Of a stretch of 64,000 nucleotides of DNA, positions 37,918 through 52,000 are shown in pieces. The translations under genes and the position numbers were made by a program. Below the pieces are notes generated by a model. That model did not search any database. It was given only the letters and a program-made list of their open reading frames with translations, and was not told the DNA's origin. Every line of letters begins with the position of its first letter. The first letter of the stretch is position 1. Origin of the DNA: Lytechinus pictus (lineage: Eukaryota); assembly GCF_037042905.1 (NCBI RefSeq), contig NC_087261.1, positions 25,546,001-25,610,000 of the forward strand. Direction: 5' to 3'.

Positions 37918-38250
37918 TAAATTGCCAATTCATCTACTACCACTCACCACATGGTCTACCTTCATTTAGTCTAATGCCATTCCGTCCAACATTTCGTCTA
38001 ACAACTATTTGGTCCAATCATCACTTCGTCTAACCATTTGGTCCAATCATCACTTTGTCTAATCACCACATCGTCTGACCATGTCGTCTCATACCCAGTT
38101 GTTCTAATAACCATTTTCTTTTCATTCACTTTGCCCAATTAACACTTATTCAATTAGACCAAATGCTATATGGACTAAATGGCTATTGGACCAACTGGTT
38201 ATTAGATGAAAATGAAAATAAACCTTTGTTAATTGCCACTTGGTCTACCC
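37918..38250. repeat. Foldback repeat family with internal ~22-25-bp units; other copies at 44018-44400 and 59690-60072
   Basis: Shared cacatggtctaccttcatttagtctaatgccattcc and its reverse complement. Confidence 0.7.
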
Positions 38251-38274
38251 CTTCTTTGGCTACTTCACGCTTAG

Positions 38275-38495
38275 GGGGTGTTGCAAGAAAATATTTGCAA
38301 TCAATTGCTAATATTCTGTTGCAATTTTACAATTGATAGTTCAATTTCAACTAGCAAATCAGAGTACACTCCTTGCTTCATGAAGCAGATTAGCAATCAA
38401 TCCCAAATTTGCAATTACTTTCAAGACTTATAATTGATTTAGAAACTGAAAATAGACTTTGTCTTGCAATTGATCGAAAGTTTCTCGCAACACCT
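38275..38495. mobile_element. MITE GGGGTGTTGCAAGAA...; inverse copy at 38907-39125
   Basis: TIRs and a second copy nearby. Confidence 0.7.
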
Positions 38496-39361
38496 CATAA
38501 GTCTCATTCCATATGGTCTAGTCCTAGCTCATCTACAAGCTGTTTGCCTACTACACATTTTGTCATATAGCCATTTTGGCCATTCACCATACAATATAGG
38601 CCAAGTGGTGTTTGTCCCATTTAGTCTCGTCCCACATGGTCTAATCCTAGTACATTTACAACCTGAGCCCCGTAACATAAAGATTAGCGATGAAAAGCTA
38701 ATATGAAAGAAAACTTCTGATTGGTTCCTGGTCAGTATTTTGCGCCAAATGCGCATGTAACATTGATCTTGATTAGTCAGTTCATTTAGCGATTGATCGC
38801 TAATCTTTGTGTTAAGGAACCCAGTTCGTCTTAACGGTTACAATATAGTTGTAGGCAATCTAGGATTGGACCACATGGGATGAGGGCAGGTGAAAAGTGG
38901 ACTAATGGGGTGTTGCAAGAAGCTTGCGATCAATTGCAAGTCTATTTTTGGTCCCTAAATCAATCATATGTCTTGCAGTTAATTGCCCATTAGTGATTGA
39001 TTGCTAATTTGCTCCTTGAAACAAGACGTTTAATCTGATTTGCTACAGCTAACGTTGATCTATCAGTTGTAAAATTGCAACAGAATATTTGCGATTGATC
39101 GCAAATATTTTCTTGCAACACCCCCTAAGTGGGCTTGGACCTAATCGCAATTTACCATCTTGAGAAGTGTTGGTGAATCAAGTTTTTGTATGAGAACAAA
39201 GTGGAATAATAGAGATACAAGAAGTAATGTATGACAGCTTGAAGAGATGATGAGATGAGAATGCTTTTTGTTCAGAGCAGTGCAAATGTTCATCATCCGG
39301 GGTGTTTCACAAAGAGTCCTGCTTAAATTCTAACACGCACATGATATTAAACACGTAATCT

Positions 39362-39607
39362 GGGCCCCGTCTTACAAAGAGTTACGATTGATCCAATCAA
39401 TCGTAACTATGGAAATCCATCAGTGTCATAATTTTTTCTACAGGAAATGTGCACAATGTCCTTTGTATGCAAAGAGAAGCGCAGTGAATTTTCAAGAAAA
39501 CAATGAATGCATGAATATACATCAATATTTTGAACAAACATGCATAATAGATCTGGCCGTCCATAGTTGCGCGATCCGATCAATCGTAACTCTGTAAGAC
39601 GGGGCCC
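39362..39607. mobile_element. MITE, same family as 4700-4970
   Basis: GGGCCCCGTCTTACA...TGTAAGACGGGGCCC. Confidence 0.78.
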
Positions 39608-40274
39608 CGATTGATTTATAATGCAGAATAGTGCTTCCTCTAAGCAGGAGTTGACTAATGTAGTGATATGCTAAATAAAGCACACATAACTGAGAATTTA
39701 AGTGTGACTCTAAGTATAAGATGCACTTGAACCTTTGTGACCCCCCCCCCCCCCCCCTCTCCAGGAGTGAGAGTAATTACTCTACCCTCAGTATATCACT
39801 AGACAAATCATTTCACACCCTTTCCTAAAAAGAAAACAAACATAACTAATTATGAACCATTTAAAATTTGAGATTTATGCATATTATATTACATAACATA
39901 TGGGGCAGCTGCTCGATTATGACGTCAAAAATCCAAACCTGACAATTCTAATAACTTTCTTAATCTTTAATGGGATTTTCCTCAAACACCAATACTTTGT
40001 ATTATTTTTTCTGCTATTTTTACAACAAAGTTTTCTTCAGGGTGAACTTCCCTTTTAAGATGCTGGAATCTGAAAATTGTTGGACCTATCACCATTTGAG
40101 TAGACCATACAAGTATATCTGGACACAAATCATTGTCGGCATGTTTCATTGTCCAACTAACCACACAAATGTGTATGATGGACACAATATTAGTGACTTT
40201 AGCTCCGATAGGTTATCTGATATTGTAAATAAGAGATATTTCTACGTATGGGGATCCAGGAAAAGCATGGTTTA

Positions 40275-43200
40275 TCAAGGTTTACTCTTCTTTTTCTTCT
40301 TCTTGACCACAGAGTCATCTGTAATACAAAGAAAACAATTAATTTATTACTAAAAACTATCATTTCAAGTGTGAAAGAAAGACTGAATCTGCAAAAACAA
40401 CAATGTCAACTTAAAAATTATTGACAGTAAAAACTGATATAGAACAGATATACACACCTGCCCAGCAAATACATACACAGGGGCTGAGGCCATTTCGGCA
40501 CCATGAGTGTAACCCACCACCCCCCATACATCATGAATAGGTTCAATAAAAAAGATATTCAAAATAAAAAAAACAGCCACTGCCTATCTACTCTGGTCCT
40601 GCGCTATTTCCTGTTTTGGTATTGACTAAGTCAGGTGGCATTTTTTTGTAACCAAAAACATGAAGTGAATCTCAATCCATAAAAATCACAAATGAACTAA
40701 TGCAAGACCAGTGTGTATAGGAGGAGGCTGCTTCCGTATTATATCCATTGCTGACGTTCGCATAACAGCATCAGATTCATTGTAGGCTACCCCCCCCCTT
40801 CCAGTTTACTTCAGTAAATGTGTTGGCTGCAACTGACATAGACGCGAGGGGAGGGGGAGGAACAATGCGACTGTCATAAGTCTATGTTAGGCTTTGAGGA
40901 AAGTATATTATTCCCTCTCACAAAGGGCCAAACAGGACCTCGGGGGTGTTTCACAAAGATTCAAGTATGACTTAGAGTCGCACTTAAATGTCTAGTTGCA
41001 CGCAGTATAAAAGGCATGACAGTATTGGTCAGATCATGCCATGACACGCACTACTGAGTATTGATCAATAAGATTGCACGTTGCATATCATGTACGCGTC
41101 GACATTTAAGTGCGACCTAAGTCATACTTAAATCTTTGTGAAACACCCCCAGGACTATAGTGCCATGTCTGCTTATAAAGAAAACAAGACTCTTACATGT
41201 ACTTCAAAGAGGTAATTTTAATGGTTTTGTGGACTTTGTTACACTAGGGTATCAACTACATATCTTTTGCAATAACAGATCCCTTTTCTCACCAGATTTG
41301 CTTTCTGTGGAGCGTTTTGTTGCTTCCTGCGTCGCGTCTTTCTCTCCATCAACTGCAGAGGGCGCCTTTCTTATTGCTAAGCATGTCAGTCGAGCCTTGG
41401 TATTTACCTCTGAGAGTAAGACTGGATAATCTGTGATCTGCATAAGGATAAGCATAACAAGATATCCTGATTGCTTTACAATACATTTATTTTACCATTT
41501 TTGACTTACTGTAATGCTGTTTGGGCAAACACTTACAAATCTAAGTTGAAGTCCCTTTTCTTATTACAAAAGAAAGCTGTTAGAATATGTTCTTTGAATT
41601 CATATTATGCCCATAGTAGGCCTCTGTTCAGATCACTCAAAATTCTTGACATTTATCAGTTGAATAGATATTGCATCTTGATTTTATGTTTCAAACACAG
41701 AATTGGGTTTTTACCTTGTTTACTTAATAATATGCTTTCATTAAATATGTCAGTACATAACTATAATACAAGGAATAAAAATAAATATCATTTATGGGCA
41801 GTCGAAAAATCCTATCTTTTATTTTCATTCAGTCATAAAGCACCAACAGTTTGGAACGACCTGCCAAGTAATATAGCATCAATAAATAATTATAATGCAT
41901 TTAAAATAAGTATAAAGCAGCATTTAATCAATCTTCAACTTGTGTAGATTTATTTTCCACCTTTTACCTTTGTGTATGGTTTGTTTGGTTTTTTTTTTTT
42001 TGTTTTTTTTTGTTTGTTCCCCTTTATTGTTTGATCTTGTGTTTTATTGTGGGCAAATAAGTTTCTTATATCTTATTTTGTTAATTATATTTTGTCTAAT
42101 TCCTTTAAGGGAGGTTATCTTGACAAACTCTTTTTTGGGTTTTTATAATTTCCCTATTTCCTCTGTTTAAAATGTTAACTTATTGTATACATATATATTT
42201 TATGTGGAAGACTTTTGTAATACATGTACATGAATATGGTTTACATTTGCTCAATTATGTATTTTTATGAATTTTGATATTGTGATTTTTAATTGGAAAT
42301 AAATGAAATTGAACTGAACTGAACTGAACTGTTTGAATATTAGTCATATCAATAAAATAAACAACAAGAGTGTCGCTAAGGCGAGCACATAATACGCCCG
42401 TCTGTAACGAGGAAAATGGAGCTATTGGTCAAGCAACAAAAGTGGATGATGGCAACTTCACCTTTGACCTTCTGACCTCAAAATCAACAGAATTGCTAGG
42501 ATCCATGCTAGTATCACACAAACCAAATTATATGAGCCTACATGTAGGTTAAGTTAAACTGAAGTTATTGCGTTTACAAGGAAAAGTTATCGGACGGACA
42601 GACAGATGGACGGACACCGAGTGTGATACTATAATACCTCCCGTCGAGACGGGCGTATAAAAAGAGAACAGTCGACTTCAGTTTCTACCTTTCAAGGAAA
42701 TTGCACACCACACCAAGACAACTATTCAATTTTGAAACAGATGGCACTATGCATATTTTTCAAAAGTATATGTATTAACAAATTTATACAACACATAATA
42801 GATCCTTGACAGCTGATTGGATGAATGTGCATCACATGACATTCCACGGGCGGAAATCCCAGGGGAGGGGACGCATCCCCCCTACCCAAAATAGTATGGG
42901 GGGACACAATATCAAATGTCCCCCTACTATTTTTGGTCTTGTATGATGTTAAGAAATACCTCATTCGAAATCTAAATAAAACATGTACATGTATTTTTGA
43001 CGAGACTACCTTACTTTTTGGGTGATAACCCCCTTTTTTTTGCTGTCAAATTCATTTTGGTCGAAATGACCTTACATTTGGGGTGATAACCTTTTTTCCA
43101 GCCCCTGGTCCCCCCTACCTTTAGGAAGAGATTTCGGCCCTTGTGACATTCAGAGGAACCAGCTGTAGCACACCAACACATGACAGCCGTGCCAAAGATG

Positions 43201-45976
43201 CCGATTGAACGCTTCACTTTCAACTTTGAAGTTCATGTGATATTCAGAACTAAAAAACACTGACAAATATTTGTACACCATTTGCTGTTTACAATACACA
43301 GTTTATATAAGAGTAAATAAGTATTTGGTACCGCAAAATCGTAAAATAGCCTTAAAAACGGACATACTGAAGCTTTCAACATGCACTCAGAGTAAATCGC
43401 ATGAATGACTAAAACGCTAGAGCAAAACAATATATAATAGAACCGAAACTAGACAAAGGACGCTAAATGGCAAACCGTGATTGGCTGTCAAGTAAACAAG
43501 TTAGGCTTGGTACCAGCCGTATATTGAAGCGAAGCAACTAAAATAACGCAAGGGTTCTTACAAACTCCTTCTGGCGGCACAGAATCGTAAAATGAGAATG
43601 TTAGTTACAGGTTGACCTACCTTTTCAGTATCTATACACCATATTTTGAGAAAACCATCACTGGATGCTGACAGAAGCCACTTCTCAGTCTGGTTTGATT
43701 GACTCCCTTTAGCATTCACACATTTCAAAGACTTTATTCTGCAGAAGGAATTAGAAAGACAGAAAAATATTTGGGTTTCCATTATGAAACTGCACTTCGG
43801 AGTCTGCTTTTTCTTACGGCTCTCAAATTTCTATTTTCTTCATCACCCAATTTTATCTCTCCCCCCCCCCCATTTGGTGTTTTATAGAGCTATTTGTCAA
43901 TTATGCATGACTGGAACATGTTCTCAGGTGCTAGGTCAGATACATAGGGATACACATACATGTACTATAGGTCATTTAGTACAAGATCAGGTTACCAATT
44001 GTGTGATGCTTATACAGTAAATTGCCAACTCGTCCACTCACCACATGGTCTACCTTCATTTAGTCTAATGCCATTCCATCCATCAACATTTCATCTAACA
44101 ACCATTTGGTCCAATCATCACTTCGTCTAATCACCAGTTCGTCTATTACCATTTCGTCTAATAACCAATTGGTCTAATACCCATTTTCTTTTCATTCATT
44201 TTGCACAATTAACACTTTAGTTTAATTACACCAAATGGTATATGGACTAAATGGTTATTGGACCAACTGGTTATTAGACGGAATGGCATTAGACTAAATG
44301 AAAGTAGACCACTTGGTGAGTGAACGAACTGAGGGTAGACCAAACGATAGTAGACGAGTTGGCAATTGGACGAATTGGCATTAGACGAATTGGAAATAAA
44401 CTGCTTATAATGTGAAACAGCAACATGGGAATAATGAAATGACTTATCGGACGGTTTATCTGAAAAGTCCTGTTTTATCGGACAGTTATCATGGTACATA
44501 ACAGTGCTCATCAGCCAATTAGAATCAAAGAAAGTTGTAAGATCCGACAACTTGTTGGACAAAAAAATGTTGAAATGCTCTACTGGGTATACATGTATCT
44601 ACATTATATTCCTCCCACCTCTTCTGGTAGTTTTCCTCATTTTTAATAAGAATAATAATTATGATGATGGTTTTCAAAGCATTAGAGGAATTTCCTCTAC
44701 TGGGTACCCATTTACTACACCTGGGTGAAGAGTTGCAAATGTAGATAAATACCTTGCCAAAGGACGAGAGTGGTGTATCTTTCTTTCCCCTCCCCACCTT
44801 ACCTCCTCCTTTTTTTCTGACCGTCTCCTCCCCTTCCTCTCTCTACTCCAATGCCATTTTCATTTTAATTGCCCTTTTTCCCCCTCTAGCATTCTTTTTT
44901 TCTATTCATCTTTCAGAAGGATGTAATTATTAACTGCAAGCATCTATTGATTGCACACATAGAATGTCCATATTATACCCACCTCTTTTTGTGAGCTTTG
45001 AACTCTGTCAGCTGAGACAACTTGGTTTTCTTTTCATTCACTTTGAGAAGTGATATCATTTCCCCTTCGCCTGCAGTGACCAGAACTCGGTCCTGAAAAT
45101 ATAATATAACATATAAAGATATATGGTTTATATTCATTCGGTGTACAAGCACTTGTTCATCCCCATGATCTTCATCATCATCACCTCCATCATCATCATC
45201 TTCATCATCATTATCACCATCATCACCTTCATCATCATCATCTTCATCATCATTATCACCATCATCACCTTCATCATCATCATCATCATCATCACCATCA
45301 ATATCATCATCAATATCATCTCCATCATCATCATCATCAATATCATCATCACCATCATCATAATCATCACCATCATCTCCATCATCATAATCATCTCCAT
45401 CATCATCATCATCTCCATCATCATCATCATCACCATCACCATCATCACCATCAACATCATCATCATCATCAATATCAATATCATCATCACCATCATCATC
45501 ACCATCATCAACATCACCATCATCATCACCATCATCATCATCACCACCATCATCATCATCATCTCCATCATCATCATCATTATCACCTCCATCATCACCA
45601 TCAACATCTCATCATCACCATCAACATCATCATCATCATCATCTTCATCATCATTACCATCATCATCATCATCATCATCATCACCATCATTGTCGTCATC
45701 ATCACCATCATCACCATCATCATCATCATCACCATCATCATCATCGTCGTCATCTCCATCATCACCATCAACATCTCCATCATCATCCTCATCATCATCA
45801 CGACCATCATCATCATCTCCATCATCATCATCACCATCACCATCATCTCCATCATCATCGTCGTCATCATCATCATCACCATCATCATCATCACCACCAT
45901 CATCTTCATCATCATCATCACCATCATCATCATCACCATCAACATCTCCATCATCACCATCATCACCATCAACATC

Positions 45977-46008
<32 letters not shown>

Positions 46009-49000
46009 CAATATCAATATCATCATCACCATCACCACCATCACCATCATCATCATCACCATCATCATCACCATCATCAACATCACCATCATCACCATCA
46101 ACATCACCATCATCATCATCATCATCATTATCAATATCAATATCATCATCATCACCATCATCATCATCACCACCATCATCATCATCATCTCCATCATTCA
46201 TCATCATTATCATCATTATCACCTCCATCATCACCATCAACATCATCATCTCATCATCACCATCAACATCATCATCATCACCACCATCATCATCATCATC
46301 TCCATCATTCATCATCATTATCATCATTATCACCTCCATCATCACCATCAACATCATCATCTCATCATCACCATCAACATCATCATCAATATCATCATCA
46401 TCTTCATCATCATCATCATCATCTACCGATCAACATCATCACCATCTTCACAACCAGTATATAAACATGGTCTACTTACTGTAAGAAAACATGCTGATAA
46501 TATCTTGACATTGCTTTTGCACGAGCAGCAAATCGAAGCAGTAGTGATGTCATAAATCTCGACAAGATCGTTGGTGATGACCGCATATAACTGGCCATCG
46601 GGGGACCATAGCACAATGTCCGACACTATAAGAATGTAGACGGAATGATGTGAGCAGTTTAAAATATTAAAATATTGAGTTTGGAAGATCAATGACACCA
46701 AATGGACATCTTTGCTAATTTCTTCATAAACCCCTAAAAACACTGGATTCCTGATGCTTGGAATGAGAATTTAAGCTTAAAACTTTAAAGCCAAATAGTT
46801 AAAACTCAAAGGCACATATTCTTAAGTTGGGTGAAAGTAATACTCTAGTCTAAAATTGTGATTTTACTATCGATTTTGTGTCTCACCCACTTATGAAAAT
46901 AACCAGAAATATTGTGATTTGCGAGGGCACGCGACAGATGTGTATTGAAACTTCATTTGGATCCCTAAGTCTCGCCTTCACCTCTGGTGGGCGAGACAAT
47001 AATGACACTAGTCTCTACTAGTAGAGATTTAATTTGTCAGCCCCTATTTCACCTTTTATCATTTCTTACAATTTGTAACCTTACCTTTCTTGATATTGGT
47101 GGTATAAGCTGCCCTGCCTTTCAGTAAGTTCCATGTTCGTAACGTCTTGTCTTTGCTGACCGAGAGGGCAAGCTTGCCAGAAGGATGGACGGCTACTGAA
47201 TTTATGGCATCCCTGGAAAAAAGGAATATGAGGTGGAGACATAGAAGATGAATGTTTATCTATTAATTCTTCTGCAGTTAAATATAAACTCTGCTACTGG
47301 GAACACCAGAAAATAAAAAGTTCACAGAATCAATTCCTCTCCCTCAAACTCCACCCACTTCTAGTCTGCAAGCATACACTAATTTTTAACAGTTAAACCA
47401 ATAGCAGGTCTAGAGTAATAAAGACTAGATGCCAAAGGCTCTGTCTGTGTCAATAGCCAGCCACAGTACATAGTGAATCTATTCTCACTACTTCAGACTC
47501 TATGTTACGCGAATTGCGAAAAACTAAGGTCTGTGCCTGCAGACTACACTTCTCCCTCCTTTTTCCCCCAATACCCTCCTTCTTTCCTCTTTATCCTGCA
47601 TCGTCATTCCTCCATCCCCCTCTCTTCCACACCCACCCCCTCTCCCTGCTATCCTTCTCCTCCCCCTCCCCTCTTCTTCCCTCTCCTTCCTCTTCCTCCT
47701 TTCCCACTCCCCTCCCTCCCCCTGCTCCTTACCTCCTCCTCCTTTCCCCCTTCTCACCCTTTCTATTCCTCCTCCTCCTCCCTTCCTCCTGCTCCTTCAC
47801 CTTATTCCTCTACCCCCCCCCCCCATTCATTATGAAAAGCACATTTGGATGTAAATGCACTTCGGTTATAGTATGCACGAGGGAGGGATAGGAGGGATCA
47901 TGCATTACGTGACAGTTATAAATATTTTTAACTTACTTGTGGCCTTTGAGAATCTTCATACATTCCCACGTTTTAGTGCCCCATATGCAAATTACGCCGT
48001 CTTCTCCACTGCTAATCATGTGACTGTCTTCATGAAAACTGAGCGATGCCACAGAGCCTGAAAAGACAATATCAAGGTAAAACATGATTTTATGAACAAA
48101 TTTTGTATTCAAGAAGAAATAGGAATAAATGTGCTTTATAGTTTAATTTTTTATTAGAGGTAATAACCCCCTCCAAATTTAAGGAGAGAGAGGGGTGATT
48201 TTACCTGCCTACCTAAAGAAGTGTACAATAAAGATTTCTGAATGAGCAACCAGGGGACTGACAGCTTACAGTCCTTTCTAAGGGACTTAATGAGGAAAAT
48301 TGTATTGTGAGACAATCGCTCTGTAGAATGAGTTAGCATACAAAACCAAAGATTTATTATAAATCTACACAGCAAGGCACATGACTGAGATTTTTTTTAC
48401 ATTTATTTGATCTTACTCCCAACCTCATTCAAAGTTTATTAGCAGACAAACTAAAGCAATGACTAAACTCCTACTATGGGGGCATGATGGTCTAGGGGTT
48501 ATGACTGTTGTCTTTCAGGCAGAAGGACATGGGTTTGAATCCAAACCATGGCACGTGTTCCTTTGAAAAAAATTTCACCCACATTGTGCAGCACTCAACC
48601 CAAGTGAGGTGAATGAGTACCCAGCACTCCAGCAGGATTAATTCCCTAAATGCACCGAGTGCTGGAAGGCAGTAAGTCTGCTGTGCAAACCCTTCACTAG
48701 AGTTCAGGGTCTGAATGTGCAGCCTACTCATGCCTTGTGTACTGAAGGCCCTCTCGAATTGAAACAGCAAGTTTTGTATGTGCTAGTCTTTGCATGGAGA
48801 CACATTTTGTGATCGAATTTTCAATCAGGGTTTGTGCCTGCAGACTAGGAAGGTAGCTTGAGCTAAAGCTGGGGTAATTAAAGAGAAATGCCTGTAGTTG
48901 CAGTAAACACTGATTTCATGAGGAAGTCTGTAAAATCAGGCTTAATTGTCGGTATATCATCAAGGATCTAGATCTGGTACAGTTACATAAATTGAACTTT

Positions 49001-52000
49001 GTGAAATCTTTAAATCTACGCTGAAAAATTTTCACACTGAAGATCACCAACACAGATAAGCGCACGTGGGACAGTGTATTATTATTGCTTTGAATGTCGG
49101 CCCGACGCTTGACCCGAATCCTGTGCTTATTTGCTAATTTCTCAGCAATTACACAATTTCTTCCAGAATCCTTTGGCACAAATTTTTTTATTTATACAAA
49201 CAGACACTTAGGTGGTCATTTCATTGGATTCTGTACGAACTCATTTTGATATCGTTACCACAACTGGCATTTACCTTTAATATATAGAGCACCTCAGAAT
49301 AAATTATTTCTGAATAGATAGCATTTATAAACACCTATTGTTATCATTACCATTGTGTTGTAGAAGAGATCCTAGTTCCACATTCTCCTCTAGATCATAA
49401 AGATTGATGATTTCATCTGTGCTCCCCGAGGCTAGGTGACGGCTGCTTGCTGCAAGTGCCTTGATGCATCCAGTATGGGCATTGTTTGTGAAGCTCGCTT
49501 TGAAGGCAAATTCCGGGGAACCATCCTTGAACCGTGAAATGAGAACAAATTGATTAGTTTTATTAGTCATGACCATATTGGCAGTTGGCACTTTAGTTCC
49601 TGTGTCTCTACAAAGTCTGTCGACATATACAGGAGGAGGAGAAATTAGGAGGAAGAGGAGGAAGAACTTGATATTTAAATAGTCCATGATTATTTTGTCA
49701 AACAGTCAAAATATTCAATGCCTCCATTGTCATCACACTGTGAAAAGATGCTTGACTAATAATCAGTACCACTACCAGGGGCAGATTCAGGATCTACAAA
49801 AACATTGGGGTCATATTTCTTACAAAAAATAAGCAAAAGATGATAAATGCCACACAATACCTGACAAGCAAAAAAAAAGCCATTTTCCACAGGCACTATA
49901 AAATTTTGGTGGCACTCGATTTTTTTTATTTTATTTGGGGGGGGGGGGGGGTGGGCAACCATTTAGCAGTACTAGTGTCCCTTGAAACATATTGTCACTT
50001 TTTGGCTTCAGATTTGCCGGACTTGCTGCATGCTGCAACCCTTGGGGGGGGGGGGCACTCAATTATACATGTATTTTGATGGGGGTGTGCCTCACGAAAC
50101 CCTGAAATGGGGGTCAATTTAGGAACTGACTACCACCAGGCACTGTGAAAAACAGGGTCTAAGGAACAGGATCGCGGTACGTGCTATGATTGCTAGCGCT
50201 GTGCATGTATTGTGGGCGCCAGCCATTGCTAGTGCTCAGCATGCCGTGGTATATGGTATAGAGGGAATAAAGCCGTATGTGCAGCTAAAAAAAGCCTGTG
50301 ATGCTTGCGCTGGACAACTTAGGCAGGGATGGGTAACTGAGATGTTTCGTAACAGGGGACTTGTGAGCAGGGCAGGCTGCTAGCTGCTTCTGAATGGAAA
50401 TTTTGTCATTTGGAGTAGATCTATCATCTACATCTACCTTTAACATGTCTAACATTAAGCTCACAGAAAATGAGGTCTGAAAAAGGTCATCAAAGCCGCA
50501 GCGGCATGTCCCCCGTAACTACCCCCAGTATGCCCCCCCAGGCTGCAACATCCGGTGCGGCAGCTAGCAGCAACGTCAGCGAAGACCTGCAGACTGGCGC
50601 CTGCTCTCAGGAGTTGCCTGGCTACAAAGTCATGGCTAAGTTAGGCCAGGAAAGCTAGGGCCTAGCTACCAAAAGCCCAGCAGACATGGGTACTCTCCAA
50701 AATGGGTTAATTAGAATGGGGTCGCAATAGCACTCGAAATAAAGGGGAAAAAATAAATTATGCACTTACTCAATTATATGGATAAAAAAGGTCTATCGTG
50801 ACACAGAACCCTGACATCGAGGCACAAACTGGACACTCAAAAAAAGGAAAAGTTCAAAGAAAGGAAAAGTTAGACCTCCATGTTGTGTGTGTTCTCGTTA
50901 TCGATCGGCCATTTTGTTTTGCATTTTGAAAGGAGAACGAACAAGACAGAACTTTTCCTTTTTTTGAGGGTCCAGTTTGTGCCTCGAAGTCAGGATTTTG
51001 TGTCTCACGATAACGTAGACCTTCATCCATATAATCGAGGTAAGTGCATAATTTATATTTTCCCCTTTTATTTTGATATTGCGCCCCCATTCTACCCCAT
51101 TTTGGAGAGCATATGTCCGCGTCGTATCACACGGACGAGTCCTGGGGCCTGTTGCATAAAAGGGTCTTTCGTAGTTCACCGTTCTACGTACAGTAGAGGC
51201 GCACGGCCAATATGGGAGACTCTCTCCAATAGGGGAGACAATCTCCCACATTGGAGACTTGCTTTGCAAAAAGACAAAAGAAACAACACCAACAAAAGCA
51301 TGATTTTTTCTAGACCAAAAGCTTCAGTCTCTGTTATGTTGGTTGTTCAGCTGAACTCCGTTGGCTTCACTCACCAAATACAGAGACCGAAGTTCTAGCG
51401 CGATCTGTACAGGGGACTCAATGGCCATATGTTTATGTACTTAAGAGCGGATATAACGGGGAAGTGAATTTGCGCGACAGCCGAGGTAAGTCACTGTTTT
51501 TGTTCCTTTTAACTTGATTTTTCTCTGTTTTTTGGCAATTAATGCCAAGAGGGAATATTAATTTGCATTTTGGTTGCGTTAATTTTCAAAAATTTTATTC
51601 ATTAAAGACAAAAATTGAAGAGCCTCGACGGGGGGATTTTGCATTGCAAGTCCCCTAATGGTGGCTGCACGATAGCGAGCCGTCTGTGTACGAGGAGAAA
51701 TAAAAAAATAAAAAAATGTTAAAAAACTCCTCGAAACAGACGGCTGCCAGCTGTCTAGATTTTTTCCACCCAAAATTTTGTCTCACTGAGGTCAGAAGCC
51801 CATTTGTTTTATGCGTGATTGACAACAAAAATCCTTATCAAAACAAAAGTAGACGGTGAAAAGGGGTAATTTTTCATGAGGATTCTCCTTATCACATTTT
51901 TATTTGCCGCCAAGGTAATCCTTTTGCAGCAAATGTAAACAAAGGAAATTGGTCTCCAAAACTGGAGACTGTCTCTGATTCTGTCTGAGTCCGAGTCTGA

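Noticed and set aside
41252..41292. PAK1IP1 ending at the TGA at 41252
   Set aside because: The G|GTGAGA donor at 41292 joins in phase to a Lys-rich terminal exon (40318-40275); read-through remains possible as a minor isoform.
45123..46484. Long ORFs (453, 408, 198 aa) rich in Ile/Ser/Asp/Met
   Set aside because: Translations of the intronic (CAT)n microsatellite; the same applies to the His/Met-rich ORFs at 34021-34628 and 36803-37219.
50470..50658. + strand 62-aa ORF weakly resembling the PAK1IP1 N-terminus
   Set aside because: Wrong strand and weak match; the real first exon (AGCYE) is at 52635-52549.
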